The position numbers and the translations under genes are program-made. A stretch of DNA of 64,000 bases. Origin: Octopus vulgaris. Lineage: Eukaryota. The notes below the pieces were generated by a model. It did not search any database, had not been told where the DNA came from, and was given only the letters and a program-made list of their open reading frames with translations. Positions 25,454 through 39,970 of this stretch are shown in pieces (within the stretch, counting starts at the first letter, position 1; every line of letters starts with the position of its first letter). The DNA lies in contig OX597825.1 of NCBI GenBank assembly GCA_951406725.2, positions 8,928,001-8,992,000 of the forward strand, in the 5' to 3' direction.

Positions 25454-26465
25454 TGTGTGTGTGTATGTGTGTGTATGTATGTGTATACATACATCTATAT
25501 ATATATATACGTACATATATAGATATATATATATAGATATATGTAAGTATGTATGTATGTACGTGTGTATATGTGTATTCATGTAATTCCGTATACGTGT
25601 ATGTATAACATATTAAAAACATGGAAATAAAATAAAGTTTGGTGAATATGATATCGCTTCACATCTTTAATCAATCTGCTTGAATTCCCTCTGGAATATT
25701 TCATTCCTGCACTTTAAACGTTATCCCTATGAATCTTTCCAATCGTGGAAGACCAGCAATGACCCTGGGCTCAGTGAATTCTATCAGACTGAACACAGAA
25801 AATTATACCCAGAGGAAAACTATCATTTAATCTTCTTATACAGGTATGTTATTTAAATTCCCCTTGTCAAATTTGGGGCATCTCTGCTTATATTTTATGG
25901 CATGTTCAAAGTATTAGGATTGCGCTAAATAAGAATCGAACTTTGGAAGCTACATGCAAGAAAATAATATCTGTAAAACTATTTCCTGATATGTAATTAT
26001 ACTGACAGGTTAATACCACATGGTAATATCGATATGCCAGTATAGATAATTCCATAAAGCATTTGGCAGTAAGCTACAGTGAATAGCCTACAGCAAAGTG
26101 AACCGGGCTCGCTGAATTTATCTCGTATCTTGCATGAATACCTGAGAAATGATTTCAATGGATATATTTCGCACGCTTCTCAATTATGAACGGCGCCAAT
26201 AACTTGCATTTGGAACACGGCAGGATTAGTTCTGCCTGATGCTTACTATTCATAGCTAAAAGAGTGAAAAACATTCACGAGTAAAAAAAATACTCAAATT
26301 TCAAAGATGGATTCTGTAAGTTTTAATCTAACTTGAAAGACATGTAAGCCTTAATTTAATTATTCATATTCGTTTGGTTTGCTTCATATTTACAGTTTGA
26401 AGTAGGGTTATGTTGATTAGACGAGTATGAGATACACATTCATGCATATATATATATATATATAT

Positions 26466-26603
26466 AAATAGTGCATACATACATCCGAACACATACATAC
26501 GTACATATATATATATTTATATATAAATATATGTATGTATATGTATATACATATATGTATATATATATATATGTATGTATGTATATATATATATATATGT
26601 TTG

Positions 26604-26636
<33 letters not shown>

Positions 26637-26766
26637 TGCATACATACATCCGAACACATACATACGTACATATATATATATTTATATATAAATATATGTA
26701 TGTATATGTATATACATATATGTATATATATATATATGTATGTATGTATATATATATATATATGTT

Positions 26767-26790
<24 letters not shown>
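26466..26790. repeat. 165 bp tandem duplication inside a compound TA/TATG microsatellite
   Basis: aaatagtgcatacatacatccgaacacatacatacgtac... begins at both 26466 and 26631. Confidence 0.9.
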
Positions 26791-26819
<29 letters not shown>

Positions 26820-26916
26820 ATGTATGTATATATATGTGTGTGTGTCTGTATATATATATGTGTGTGTGTATGTATGTATGTATGTATGTATGTATGTGTA
26901 TAATATATATATATAC

Positions 26917-26958
<42 letters not shown>

Positions 26959-27711
26959 CAATCTACTCTACTTTATCAATCTTTTACGGGTTTCTTAAAT
27001 ATATTTTGCTTCACATGGATGTGATAAGTGTTAATGTTTTCGAGTCACAACTCCAACATTCGCATACAGGACGTTTGTTTCGACTGCGTGTCATTATTTC
27101 GGTCACATCCAATTCGGCAATCTTGGTAGTTGAACTGCAATGGAATAATATCAAACCTGAATGAGAGTCTGTGTCATGTCGCAAAGCCTTTATGTATGGA
27201 GAATCAAACATGGCTTCCACAGATACACACAGACATATATTTACGTAGCGAACACGCAAACACAGACACACGCATATACAAAATGTGTCGTCGTCGGCGT
27301 CATCGTGGTATAAAATGTCCCTTATTTTGTCGTACTTAACGAACGTGCAAACACACACACCTCACAGATACATACACACTCATATACAAAGTCTAATTAG
27401 TATATACATTCTAATTAGTTTTTCTTAGTGAATTAACAAATGGTAAAACTTTAGAATTATCCGGTAGTAGTATAGCCTGCCTCCCTGAGAAATGAACTGC
27501 TAAGAAGCTATATTGGGCCGAACAGTTAGCAGTATGTAAGTAAAACATCGCTTCGGTTTTGGATAGCTTTAAACCAAGAACATTTCTAGCAAGATTGAAG
27601 CTTATACCTTAACATTTTTTACGAGACTGATTCAGAATTTAATATCTGAAAATAACGATGAAATATTGTATGTCTAAGACGTCTTGTTAATCAAATTGTT
27701 TTTGGAGTATA

Positions 27712-28154
27712 TCTATTATATAAAATCCGTTCTGTCTGTGTGGGTGTCTTCTAGGATCTCGGGTATCCTCCATCCGATTGCGTTCAAATTTGATATGTAG
27801 AAACCGACGGTATCAAGGCGTGTATAAGTCTTGAAAATATTACAAAAATCGATTCCAGGTGATAATGCGACCGATAAAGCCGTGGGAACGTGCATTTGTA
27901 CGCGCAAGTACATCAGCTGTACATACTGGTAATTTAAACAAATCGGTTGCATATTTGTGTGAATAAAATCGGTTTTCTTTGGAATAGAAAAAAATCTATC
28001 TTTATTTCTTCTATTGCCGGTGAGTCAAATTTAGGTTAAATTAGTGTTTCTCAAAGGGGCGGCCTATGGCACGGTCAGACAAGTTGTTTTGAGAACATTC
28101 GGTTTAAATGTTTGACAACTCAGCCCCGTCCATTGGACGGGGACGTTTTGCTCG
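27712..28154 (+). mobile_element. Non-autonomous Helitron-like element
   Basis: A|TCTATTATATAAAA 5' end; subterminal GC hairpin CCCCGTCC-att-GGACGGGG 28124-28142; 3' CTCG|T (one mismatch from CTAG); A/T insertion site. Confidence 0.7.
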
Positions 28155-28693
28155 TCATTTATATAACTTCAGCTGTTGAAAGGGTTGAATATGTCTCTCG
28201 TATTGAAAGAATATCCAGTGAATTTACTAAATTAACTGTGACGAATTAATTTACATAGAAAAACAGAGGAAATATATTTGCACTTGTTATTGTAAAGATC
28301 AAGAAATTAGCCGCACTGAAGCATCGTAAAAGTTTTCTGTATTTCCTAAAGGAAGATACAGTTGGGACTTACAGTGGGATGAAAGTGTCCAGTTTGTTGA
28401 TTCTGGGCATTTTCTCATCTCTTTCACCAATACACAGGATCTACTCCTATTTGTCTAGACTATATTTTCAAAATATGTCGATTCATATTTTATTTATTCC
28501 CCTAAGCTATTCTTTTATCTTTATGTATCCTACGAGTTTTTGTGAGCTTATTGTAAGTTTTGTTAGCTAAGGTATATTAGGGGGTCTTCAAAAGTATCTT
28601 AATAGAGAATTGAAACATATCAATTTAAACGATTTATTATCATTGTCGTAATAGCTATCATCGTCGTAAACAACAACAACATCGCCATTGTTG

Positions 28694-28694
<1 letters not shown>

Positions 28695-28745
<51 letters not shown>
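28695..28745. repeat. (CAT)n microsatellite
   Basis: Perfect CAT run. Confidence 0.95.
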
Positions 28746-29156
28746 TTTTGCCATTGTCATCGTGCTAACATCATCACTATCACGACGACAACTACGACTA
28801 CCATCGCCTGCCCCAACAGCTCAATGTAAAGGCGTAAAACAATAAATTAATTTTAATCACATACTTTCGAAGGTGTTATTTTCCCAAAGTACTTGCAATA
28901 GAGCGCTTTTTAGCTAACTTTTAAAAGCGTTCTATGAGTGTGTGTCAGTGAATTATAAATATCATTCTTGCATTTCCAGCTAAACATTCAAGTGTTTATT
29001 TCTGTTTTATTGAATATCTTATTATCCATGTAAACAAACAACAACTCGCTTTCTTTTTAGATGAGAATATTTATTTCCATGGCATTTTAAAATGATTGTG
29101 CAAATATACAAAACGTCAGCTCATAAATATGCACATATTTGCCTATGCACTTGAGC

Positions 29157-29217
<61 letters not shown>

Positions 29218-29608
29218 AGTGTTTGTGTATGTGTGTGCGTGTGTTTGTGTATGTGTGTGCGTGTATATGTGTGCGTGTGTATGTGTATGTGTATTTGTGT
29301 GTGTGTGTGCGTGCGTGTGCCTATCTATATACTTAGGCTTCATACTTAAATTCAAGTACCTAATTCCTCTGAATCGTTTATATATATATACGTATGTATG
29401 TATATGTATATAGATAGATAGATAGATATTTGTATGCTGTGGACTTCGAAACAATCGGATGACCAATTATAGCATTTACTCTGCGTCCCTATTTGTTTAG
29501 ATCACCAGTGATCAAAACCCCCCATATCCTTTATATACACGTACATGCTCATCTGTATCCGGCTATCTAAACATATATATATATATATGTTTGTGTGTGT
29601 GTTTGTGC

Positions 29609-29672
<64 letters not shown>

Positions 29673-29881
29673 TCACGTCTATTTTTGTACTGATGCATGG
29701 AACGTGTGTTCAACGCGTGTAAAAGCGTCCGATTTTGTACATATATACTTATATATATATTTTGAGACAGAGAGAAAAAGAGAGAGACCGGGGTAGAGAG
29801 AGAGATACATGTATACCATACATACACACATCCATATGTCTGAAGTTACCGTGATGCGTCGTTAATATTTAGGCTGGATAT

Positions 29882-31045
29882 AAGGCGGCGAGCTGGGAGA
29901 AACTTTAGCGCGCCGGGCGAAACACTTAGTGTTAGTCCGTCTGCCGCTACGTTCAAATTCCGCTGAGGTCGACTGTTCATTTCATCCTTTCGAGGTCGAT
30001 TAAATTAAGTATCAGTTACGCACTGGGGTCGATATAATCGACTTAATCCCTTTGTATATCCTTGTTTGTCCGATCTGTGTGTAGCCCCTTGTGGGCAGTA
30101 AGGAATTAAGAAACTTAGAAACGTAGAAAGCCGGTCGAAATGTTTAGCGTATTTCGTCTGTTTTTACGTTCTAAGTTCAAATTCCGCCGACGTCGACTTT
30201 ACATTTCATCATTTCGGGGTCGATAAATTAAGTAACATTTGCGTGCTGAGGTCGATCTAATCGACTGGACCCCTCCCAAAAAATGTCGTGCCTTGTACCT
30301 AGAGTAAAAAAGAATACTATGCCAGCTGACAGAATTGTTATCACGTCAGGCAGAATGCTCAGCGCCATTTCGTCAGTGTTTCCTTTCTGACTTCAAATTT
30401 TGCCGGTGTTGACTTTCCTTTTCTAAATCCATGGGTCGAGAAAACAAGCACTACTTGAACACTGGTCCCCCAGCGCTAAGAAGTTGGCCTTGTGCCAAAT
30501 GCTTGAAATGGATCCTATAAAATACTAAGTGTCGGTTTACCAGAATCATTAGCGCGCTGGGCTAAATGCTTAGTGATATTTCTTCCGTTATCAAAGGCGG
30601 CGAGCTGGCAGAATCGTTAGCACACAGGGCGAAATGCATAGCCGTATTTCGTCTGCCGTTACGTTCTGAGTTCAAATTCCGCCGGAGTCGATAAATTAAG
30701 TACCAGTTAAGCACTAGGGTCGATGTAATCGACTTAATCCGTTTGTCTGTCCTTGTTTGTCCCCCCTGTGTTTAGCCTCGTGTAAGTACTACAGAAATAG
30801 ATATTTCTTCTGTTATCACGTTCTTGGTCCAAATTCGGCCGAGGTAGACTTTGGACTTATTCCAAAATTTGAACTGTCTGATCAAACCCAAGAAGGTGGT
30901 AAGCTGATAGAATCGTCAGTACGGTGTCAAAATAGTTAGAATTCCTTAGAGATCGATCGTGTCTTTTATCCTTTCGGGGTCGATAACGTAGTCGACTTAC
31001 CTCTCCCCTGAAATTGGTGGACTTGTGCGAAAATTTAAAAATATA
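29882..31045 (+). mobile_element. Cluster of about 6-7 co-oriented SINE family B units (dimer, degenerate monomers, nested copy)
   Basis: Repeated aaggcggcgagctggcagaa..gttcaaattccgccgaggtcgac..catcctttcggggtcgataaattaagtaccag; units start near 29882, 30116, 30320, 30532, 30593 and 30893. The central block resembles the Deu/Nin SINE domain as I recall it. Confidence 0.92.
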
Positions 31046-31806
31046 TTATCAGACCCAAGTATGATAGCACACTTATATATAACTGATTGAAGTCTTTTGA
31101 AATATTTCTTAAGAGCAAGAAACGATATCTGTATGGAGATTGGACTTCTTTCAGCGTACATATCACAAGATAGTACAAACATACATTCAACCAAGCTTAT
31201 TTGATAAAAATACTCTACACAAATATGACGTGAGACTTGAAACAGAGAGGTAAACAAGAGAATCTATTTCTACAGGCAAATGTATAATATATTTCTTTTC
31301 TCAACTATCTTACATCTTTAACAAAGAATCAAAATATAAAACTTAAATCATGAAACAAAATACCTAATACGTTTACAGCAGTGAAACATTCATTTGTTTC
31401 TATATATATATTTTTTTTCATTTTAGTATTCAGAAATATGCGTAAAATCTTGATTATATTTAACAAGTAATTTAAAGATAAACTTAAGCGTGAAGTGGGA
31501 TGGTGCCTCTAAACAAATGTCAATTCGATTTTAAATATATCAGTTTATTTATCCAACCACACGAGTAAAACTTAAATAGGGCACGGTTTTCTATATTACT
31601 CTTGCGGTCACTTCAATGTGCAAGATGTTATCAGACATATTTCTCAACTATGAAATGGTTCTGAAACACAATGAAAAGTATAACCCTATACCGGAGAAAT
31701 TATTTTTTAATATGTTATGCCTGTTAATATTTTTCCTATTCGATTTTTTTATAGTTCAGTGATTACTAACATGTTATATGCCGAATAGCAACATATATAC
31801 ATTCTA

Positions 31807-31853
<47 letters not shown>

Positions 31854-31878
31854 GGATTTATACGCACACACACACACA

Positions 31879-31986
<108 letters not shown>

Positions 31987-32028
31987 CATGTATTTATATA
32001 TATATATATATATATATATACATACATG

Positions 32029-32068
<40 letters not shown>

Positions 32069-34244
32069 TAAGTAAATTTTTGAGTTATATGTTATTGTGT
32101 TTTTTCCGTGGGTTTATGGTAGTTGTGAAACTATAAGCAAGACCCTTCCGAAGAAATGTTTGCTGTTATTCATGTTTAGATTAGCACTATATATGCATTA
32201 ATGTCATGAATTTAAGAAGAGACGTTTACCTGTGTTTTTCAGCTGCTTTTTTAAAGTTTAACAGAGAGCAGAAGACTTTGCTTTGTGTCTCCAAATTTTC
32301 GCTGAGTGCAAGTTACGCAATGGATGAAGGACTCCAGCCATTACTCTCAACAAGCACTCTGCGAATGACAAGAAAGGAAGATGAAAGAAACGCAGACCTG
32401 CCCCAAATAGTCACAGCACAGTCAGCTGTTAAATTCAAGTGTGTTCCATATGATTGGCAAAAATGAACAAGTCGTTTACAAATCCGAAACTAATTACATC
32501 AGGCATGATTCCACACAATTGTAACAGTAACATCGCCAAACCGACGCTTTTGTTGGAATCTTGTACCCAAAGTGCCAGTAAAATGGACCAACGGAGGAAT
32601 CACGCTATTACAAAAAATGATTTGCTGTATAACACAAATTTCCGTTACTAAAATTATGTGAGCTGCTTGTTTGAATTCATATTACTTCAAAATATATTTG
32701 ATAGGCTGTGTTCTGTAATATAAAAATGATGGAATGTTCAGTTGATGTGTTTTTCTCTACAGATGTTTTTTTTTTCAATGGAGAATGTAATTACTCCAAC
32801 GGTAGTAGATTAATGGAGTCTGTAAAGATTGTGGAAAAAGTACATTGCTGTATTTACAAACGAAAGTTGACATTCTGTTTAGGAACGAAGCATGCGTTAA
32901 TTAAAACAATAAACGCTGTAGCATTAGCATAAAGATTGATATAATAGATTTACATCAGCCCCTTTGTAGCTATGTAAGAAAATATTGTTAAATATCTGCC
33001 ACCGACAAACCAACTGCAATTATCACATCACTGGAGTATAACCAAACATTCTACGCTACAATGCTTCTCACTAAGGAAAGACTACTGTTGACACGAATCT
33101 TCAGAAATTTATCGAATGTCTTAACCAGTCCAAATCTTCTACCCAGGTAACGCGATGAAGAATACACAGGCAGAACAAGGCAAAGCAAGCAGCTTTGCTG
33201 TTACGAAAGATGAATACAATTATTTACTTTCGGAATGTGACTTGAAATATGATGCTCCCTCGAAGATAATACTTTAAATTATAAACTTAATGAATGTTCT
33301 TGAGAAACTATTAATATTTTGCCAAAAGCAGTTGCATAGTTTGGCACAATCTCATAGTTCTGCTGCTTACAATTCTAGGAATTGGCAGGCGGCCAGATGA
33401 AGATGGAATACAAGAGGAATAGCAAGTGCTTCAATTTCAACTACATACTCCAAACCTACGGGCTTGAGAAATCAAGAGAAATCAAGAGTCTAAAAATATA
33501 TTAAACGCACGAGACTAAAATCATTATAGCATTATGATAGAAAATTTAGATTTCCCTCTTGAAAAACTAAAGCCAAAAATCATGGACTTCGTGTTTCAAG
33601 TGGGAAACGAAATACATTTAATGTTGCATCGTATTGAAGAGAGGCATTTATGTGGGCGGATCGCAAAGCAAGTGGTTTTGTTAATAAATTGTCTGTTAAA
33701 TCTAATGCCTTCCTTCATACATGCCATAAATCAGAATCACGGTGGTTCGTTTTTCAATTCTCCATCGAAATCCCAGAATATATTCCTGATTAGAAAAAGT
33801 AAACATAAAGATAGTTTCTATCGATTATTTGCCAAATACGAAAGCCAACCTAGAGCTGTGAGATTTATTGTAATGTTTTACGAATAGTGTCCAACTGCTA
33901 CCTAAGTTTCGCCCTCCACTATGTGTATTCTCTATACGTACGTGGATACTAATGACCACCTACATACGGAGTAAATATATACAGTGACAAAATTGTGAGA
34001 GGTATTATATAGCACTAAATAAAAATAATGTAAAAGTAACCCATATTGATTGATGGGTATACCGAAGTAGACACTGCTATATTAAATAACATTGATGTAT
34101 ACCCATTAAACGTTAATGCTTTCAGAGGAAAGTACATTTTGTTCAAGAAAAGCACGTTTAATAATGAAGCTTTTGTTTCCAGTTCATATCAATGCAGTTG
34201 AAGTCTTACAATAGCGGCATATTTCAGCGATATTTTGACTGAAA

Positions 34245-34809
34245 TAATATATTTTCTGCTCTAGCAGACGGCCCGGAATTTTGTGGGGAGGGGGCCAGCC
34301 GATTAGATCGACCCCAGAAAGCAACTAGTACTTAATTTATCGACCTCGAAAGGATGGAAGGTAAAGTCAACCTCAGAGGATTGAACCCAGAACGAAAAAA
34401 ACAGACGAAATACCACTAGGTATTTTACCCGGCGTTCTAAGGTTTTGAGGGACCGTGCCAGTCGATTAGATCTATCCCATTACGCAACTGGTGCTTAATT
34501 TATCACCCCACTCCAAAAGGATGAAAGGCGGAATTAAACTCAGGACGTAAAGACAGATTAAATACGGCTAAGTATTTCGCCCGGCGTGCTAACGTTTCTT
34601 ATTTCTTTATTGCCCACAAGAGACTAAACAAAGAGGGGACAAACAAGGACAAAGTGATTAAGTCGATTACGTCGTCCCCAGTGCGTTACTGGTTTTTAAT
34701 TTATCAACCCCGAAAGTATGAAAGGCAAAGTCGTCCTCGGCGGAATTTGAACTCAGAACGTAAAGACCGACGAAACACCGCTAAGCATTTCTGCCAGCTC
34801 GTCGCCTTT
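34245..34809 (-). mobile_element. SINE family B trimer
   Basis: Three head-to-tail units, reverse complement of the 29882-30315 arrangement. Confidence 0.9.
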
Positions 34810-34840
34810 GATTGATTTAATATTAAAGTACTTCAGATTC

Positions 34841-35050
34841 GCAGTGAGTTCGCAGGATTGTTAGTACGCAGGGAAAAATGCTTAGCGGTATTTCCTCCGT
34901 CTTTACGTTCTGACTTCAAATTCCACCGTGGCCGACTTTGCCTTCCGCCCCCTCGAGGTCAATTAAATAAGTACCAGTTAAGCAACGGTGTGAATGTAAC
35001 GGATTTACCCCTGCAACCGTAATTGCTGGCCTAGTGTCAAAATATGAAAC
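34841..35050 (+). mobile_element. SINE family B monomer
   Basis: atgcttagcggtatttc..gttctgacttcaaattcc..; taaagtacttcagattc repeated at ~34824 and ~35094 (possible TSD). Confidence 0.85.
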
Positions 35051-35095
35051 TAGTATTAAAGTACTTGGGGAATTTTATACCTGAATATATACTAA

Positions 35096-35186
35096 AGTAC
35101 TTCAGATTCCAAAATCTGAACCACATGTAAGTTTTCTTGAAGTACAAGTCATTCATAATACATATGGATACATGTACACAAACTAT
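35096..35186 (+). repeat. ~90 bp dispersed duplication, copy 1 (partner 36903-36992)
   Basis: tacttcagattccaaaatc.gaaccacatgtaagttttcttgaag.acaagtcattcataat.catatggatacatgta.acaaacta occurs twice. Confidence 0.9.
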
Positions 35187-35909
35187 AACAGTTTTAAAAT
35201 CTATAAACTTCTAATAGATTAAATACTTTGACATTATTAATGAAAGTGCTTTCCATTATGTTACCGAACACCTGGACATATATACATTAAATATCTTAAA
35301 TGATATGTATGTGTGTATGTGATTCTCTGTGAGGGAGTGAGAGAATAAGAGAGAGAATATGTGTGTATGTTTGTGTGTGTGTATGTATGTGTGTGTGTGA
35401 GTGTGTGTCTGCGTGTGTTTGTGCCTGTGTCTTTGTATGTAATATTTGGGATTTACACACAAAAATGTATTGAAAAAAACATTAAAAATTAAATGAAAAT
35501 TAGTGGTTATATGAAAACATATAAAATAGATTTTATTTGTTCGAATCTAGGTATGCAGGTTTTGAATAGCATATATCCACCACCTTAGAAACTCTAATGA
35601 TCACAATTTTATCTTTCTGTTAACAGAAGTGTATGAAAAGGCGTATATATATATACAAGTGTGAGACTTTGCTTTTCTTCACCATAGTTTCTGTGTCCGT
35701 TTCAATCACACAATGTAACCGGCAAAGCAGTTTACATTTCTATATTTAAAAAAATCTAAGAGTTACTGCGTTCTGCCATCCTAGACACTGCCTCGACACA
35801 TTCTTTGGAAACAGAATTTTAATATATAAGCGTTTCTAGGTTTGCGTTCGAAATCCCACCATGCATATGTATTCATATGTATATATGTATATATATATAT
35901 GTGTGTGTG

Positions 35910-36501
35910 TGTGTATATTGACAGGGCAAGGCTGATAGGTAGTTCGGCCGCATGCTAGAAATAGATCATCAACGATCAAACTACAAAGAAAGTTCTCTAG
36001 AGGAAAAATTCAGCGAACACCAGAACCAAATTTGGCGGGCAGGACAGATGAAAATTTATATAAAAAAAACAGAATTAGTTGCATACCTCGGTTTCGGCCT
36101 TTAACAAAAGAATTACTTACATAATTCAAATGTCCCTGGCCTCATCAGTACAATCGTTCAGTGTAAATGCAATTTAAAAAGCTAACCCCAGCTTTCTGTG
36201 CCAAAACAGACACGTGTTTAGTTTTACCGATTACATTAGGGATAAAATTTCAAATGTCTTAGTTCCGGCGCGCTAAAAATTCCTGAAGCGAGGAATTGCA
36301 GTATATAATTCACTGCGGTTAGTACTTGGTACTAGAGAACGTACTTATTTCAATATTTAAATAATGAGGGAGGTAAATTAATATTAATTTTAATATCAAT
36401 TTAAAACCAGTATTCTAGCATACAAAAAATCTGAAAAATCAGAGAAAATTCTAATACATGTGTATATTATAATACATGTGTATATTGACAGGGCAAGACT
36501 G
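35910..36501 (-). mobile_element. Hammerhead-carrying element, one ~567 bp unit plus 25 bp terminal redundancy, in TA/TG microsatellite
   Basis: tgtgtatattgacagggcaagNctg at 35910-35934 and 36477-36501; homologous to 39519-39870. Confidence 0.8.
36079..36153 (-). ncRNA. Type I hammerhead ribozyme
   Basis: Minus strand: TTGTA-CTGATGA-GGCC-(38 nt)-GGCC-GAAA-CC-ga-GG-TA|TGCAA; intact core, three stems, GUA cleavage between 36084 and 36083. Confidence 0.88.
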
Positions 36502-36911
36502 CTTATATATATATATATAAGGAATACAAAAAATGGGACGAGAACGCAAAACATCCAGACATAAGTGTTTAATTCGATGTATCATTTAAACCATTTTGAA
36601 GGACAGCAAAAGAGCATTTTTACGGTGACATCAAAATCAGTGTAGTCACAAATTATGGTAAATTTTATATTGACTTCAACCTGAATCTCCATCCGTAAGC
36701 TTGACCAGCCGGTTGTTGAAGAGATCGGCAGACGATATTTGCATCTAGTCACTTGAAATTTTACAGTAATTATTTAAGTATCTTGTTGTGTTTAGGGAGA
36801 GTCTATATATATATATATATATATATATACATAAGTAAATGTACATATGTGTGTGTGTCTGTGTACGCGTATTTTCTGTCTTTGTCTTCCATACATATAT
36901 GTTTACTTCAG

Positions 36912-36932
36912 ATTCCAAAATCGGAACCACAT
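36912..36932 (+). other. Candidate 21-nt microexon (IPKSEPH in phase 0)
   Basis: Pyrimidine-rich run, then tttacttcAG|21 nt|GTAAGT; duplicated at 35106-35126. No gene context identified. Confidence 0.25.
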
Positions 36933-37391
36933 GTAAGTTTTCTTGAAGCACAAGTCATTCATAATGCATATGGATACATGTATACAAACTACTTATTTGA
37001 TATAAAATATGCTTATAAACTACGGTGAGCTATAAACTATGATATCCGAAAACATTTGAAATTTTGTTTCGACCCGAGTCGAATACAATTAACACATACT
37101 GATCTCGGAAAACGGCTTCGTAAGCCTATTTAATTATATACATATAAGCAACTCTCCTTTTTCCATTGAGGCCATATGCTAATAGTTTGTTTTTGAAATT
37201 CGTCTTTCATTTCAAGTGAGTGAGAGAGAGAGAAAGAAAGAGATACTTATACATATAGATATGTAAAGGGGGAGACAAGTAGTTAAATATACATACATAC
37301 GCACACAGACACACACGCACACAGATATACACACATTCATACACGCATGCATGCATACATATTGATAAATAGATAGGTAGATATATGGTTT

Positions 37392-37683
<292 letters not shown>

Positions 37684-38542
37684 CAGATATGTAATGAGAG
37701 GGAGATAGTATGTGTTACTCTAAAAATATGAAATATTTAGTTTAAACTCTACAAAATATTTTCGCATACAGCGTAATAATATGAATTAATTCTCCATAAA
37801 CTTATTCATTTATGTTTGCGCTATAAATATCGAGGTCGACTCCTGAAGAGAGAACATATATGTCTCATAGTTTCTTTTATAGAATCTTTAGAAATTTCTA
37901 AAAGACTTTTCCTTTAAAGAAAATTATGATACATCTACCTATACATGCATACAAACATATAGGAACGTACATATATGTATAACAATAGATTGATGCCTAT
38001 GCATATATGTATATATATACAAACATACGCGCATAGACGTATAAATATATGTATGTATATATGAATCTCTATATGCATGCTTGTAAGAAATATTTCGACG
38101 ATGTCTCGAATACTTCAATATAAATTCAGGAAACCGATTTAAATTCATAATTTGAAATTTTTTTTTTTTGGGAATTGAAGAACATATAAAAGTAAGTTCC
38201 ACATATACCTCTGACACTACTTTCAAAGTTTCATTGAAGGAATTCATTCAGAATAGTATTTTGATATATATTTAGCATTAAATGAATAAAAAGTATTTAG
38301 ACTTAAAATATTAATGTTAACACTTTGCAAATGTCAACTTTCCAACTCAATACATTTTCTTCTGCCCGCCGACACACACACACATATATATATTCATCAT
38401 TTGTCTTTCAGTATGCATTAGTTCCGCTTCTGTGTGTATATGTGTACCTTTATGTTAGTGAACTTGTGCGCTGTTTTGTGTCTAACATATATACATGTAT
38501 ATACGTACATTTATATATTTGTATGTTTCTATATATACGTAA

Positions 38543-38595
<53 letters not shown>

Positions 38596-39025
38596 TAAAT
38601 ATATAGATATATATATATATATATATATGGAGGGGGGGGGAGTTTTATAAGTATGTAGATTTGACTTTATCAAAGTATTTTTCTATATCCGAATATTGAA
38701 GAAAAGTTTTCAAGATCTGACAGCTACACTCAAACTACTGGAGAATGGTAAAATTCTGAATCTAAAAATATATCCTGCAACATAAACCATTGTACAAAAA
38801 GAATCGAAGTAATCCTTTGGTTGTAGAAGTGTTTTTTTATATTGTTCATATCATGAAACCGTAATGACATTTTGGACGACAACTGACGAGGAAAGAGTAC
38901 ACCAATGTCTTGCCTTTGAACTTTACATCCGTTCCCTTGTACTTCTAATACATCTGAAAATTTCACTTTCACACTCTTTCTATCACTTTCTCTCCCTCTC
39001 TCTTTCTCTCTTTCTCTCTCTCTCT

Positions 39026-39076
<51 letters not shown>

Positions 39077-39481
39077 TATATTTTATATTCCAGTCTTCTG
39101 TCAATGCTGTTTTAGCTGTTACGGTTATGACTTCTTGATCCAGTTTTCCTTCCCAATATTTCCTCTTTCTCAAACCTATTCACAATCTTCTTTGTGGTTC
39201 TTGAATGGACTTTCACGATGATAGAAGCCAGTGAATGAATGGTGATACCATAATTGAAGACATAGATCATCTAACCATATCAACATTACACATTTGGGAA
39301 GATTTTGTGAGGCTGGTACAAAACAATTTCGGCCTGTTCTCTGTCTAGCTAATATCTCAATGGATATTCCAAAAATTGGTGTCACTACGTTTGGAAAAGA
39401 TGAAATATTGCAAATCGATTAGTTTGTTGGTTACAAGAAGTTTTAAGAATTTCTAAATTTGGCAATTTTGCCGGTATACCC

Positions 39482-39518
<37 letters not shown>

Positions 39519-39521
<3 letters not shown>

Positions 39522-39970
39522 AATATTTAAAAATTGAGGGAGATAAATTAATATTAATTTTAATATCAATTTAAAACCAGTAGTCCAGCATTCAAAAAAT
39601 CTGAGGAGTCAGAGAAAATTCAAATATATGTGTATATTTGCAGGGCTGGCCTGCTAGGTAGCCGGCCAGAATGCTAGAAAAAATCATAAACGATCAAACT
39701 ACAAGGGAAATTCTCTAGAGGAAGAATTCAGCGAACACCAGAACCAAATTTGGCGGGCAGGACATATGAAAAATTAAATAAAAAACAGACTTAAATGCAT
39801 ACCTCGGTTTCGGTCTTAACAAAAGAATTACTTGCATAATTCAAGTGTCCGTGACTTCTTCAGCACATTCGGTCCTCGAGATGCAAACCGCAAGACTAAC
39901 CCTTGTAGTTTGATCGTTTATGATCTATTTCTAGCATTCTGGCCGGCTACCTAGCAGGCCAGCCCTGCCA

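Noticed and set aside
29882-31045. Repeat-spacer-like or tRNA-array appearance
   Set aside because: Units are diverged SINE copies of uneven length; no CRISPR periodicity and no cloverleaf.
33534-33887. 117 aa non-repetitive ORF (likewise 7161-7487, 15553-15834, 38730-39385, 62271-62522)
   Set aside because: No recognisable domain or convincing splice context; length is within the chance range, though decayed TE origin cannot be excluded.
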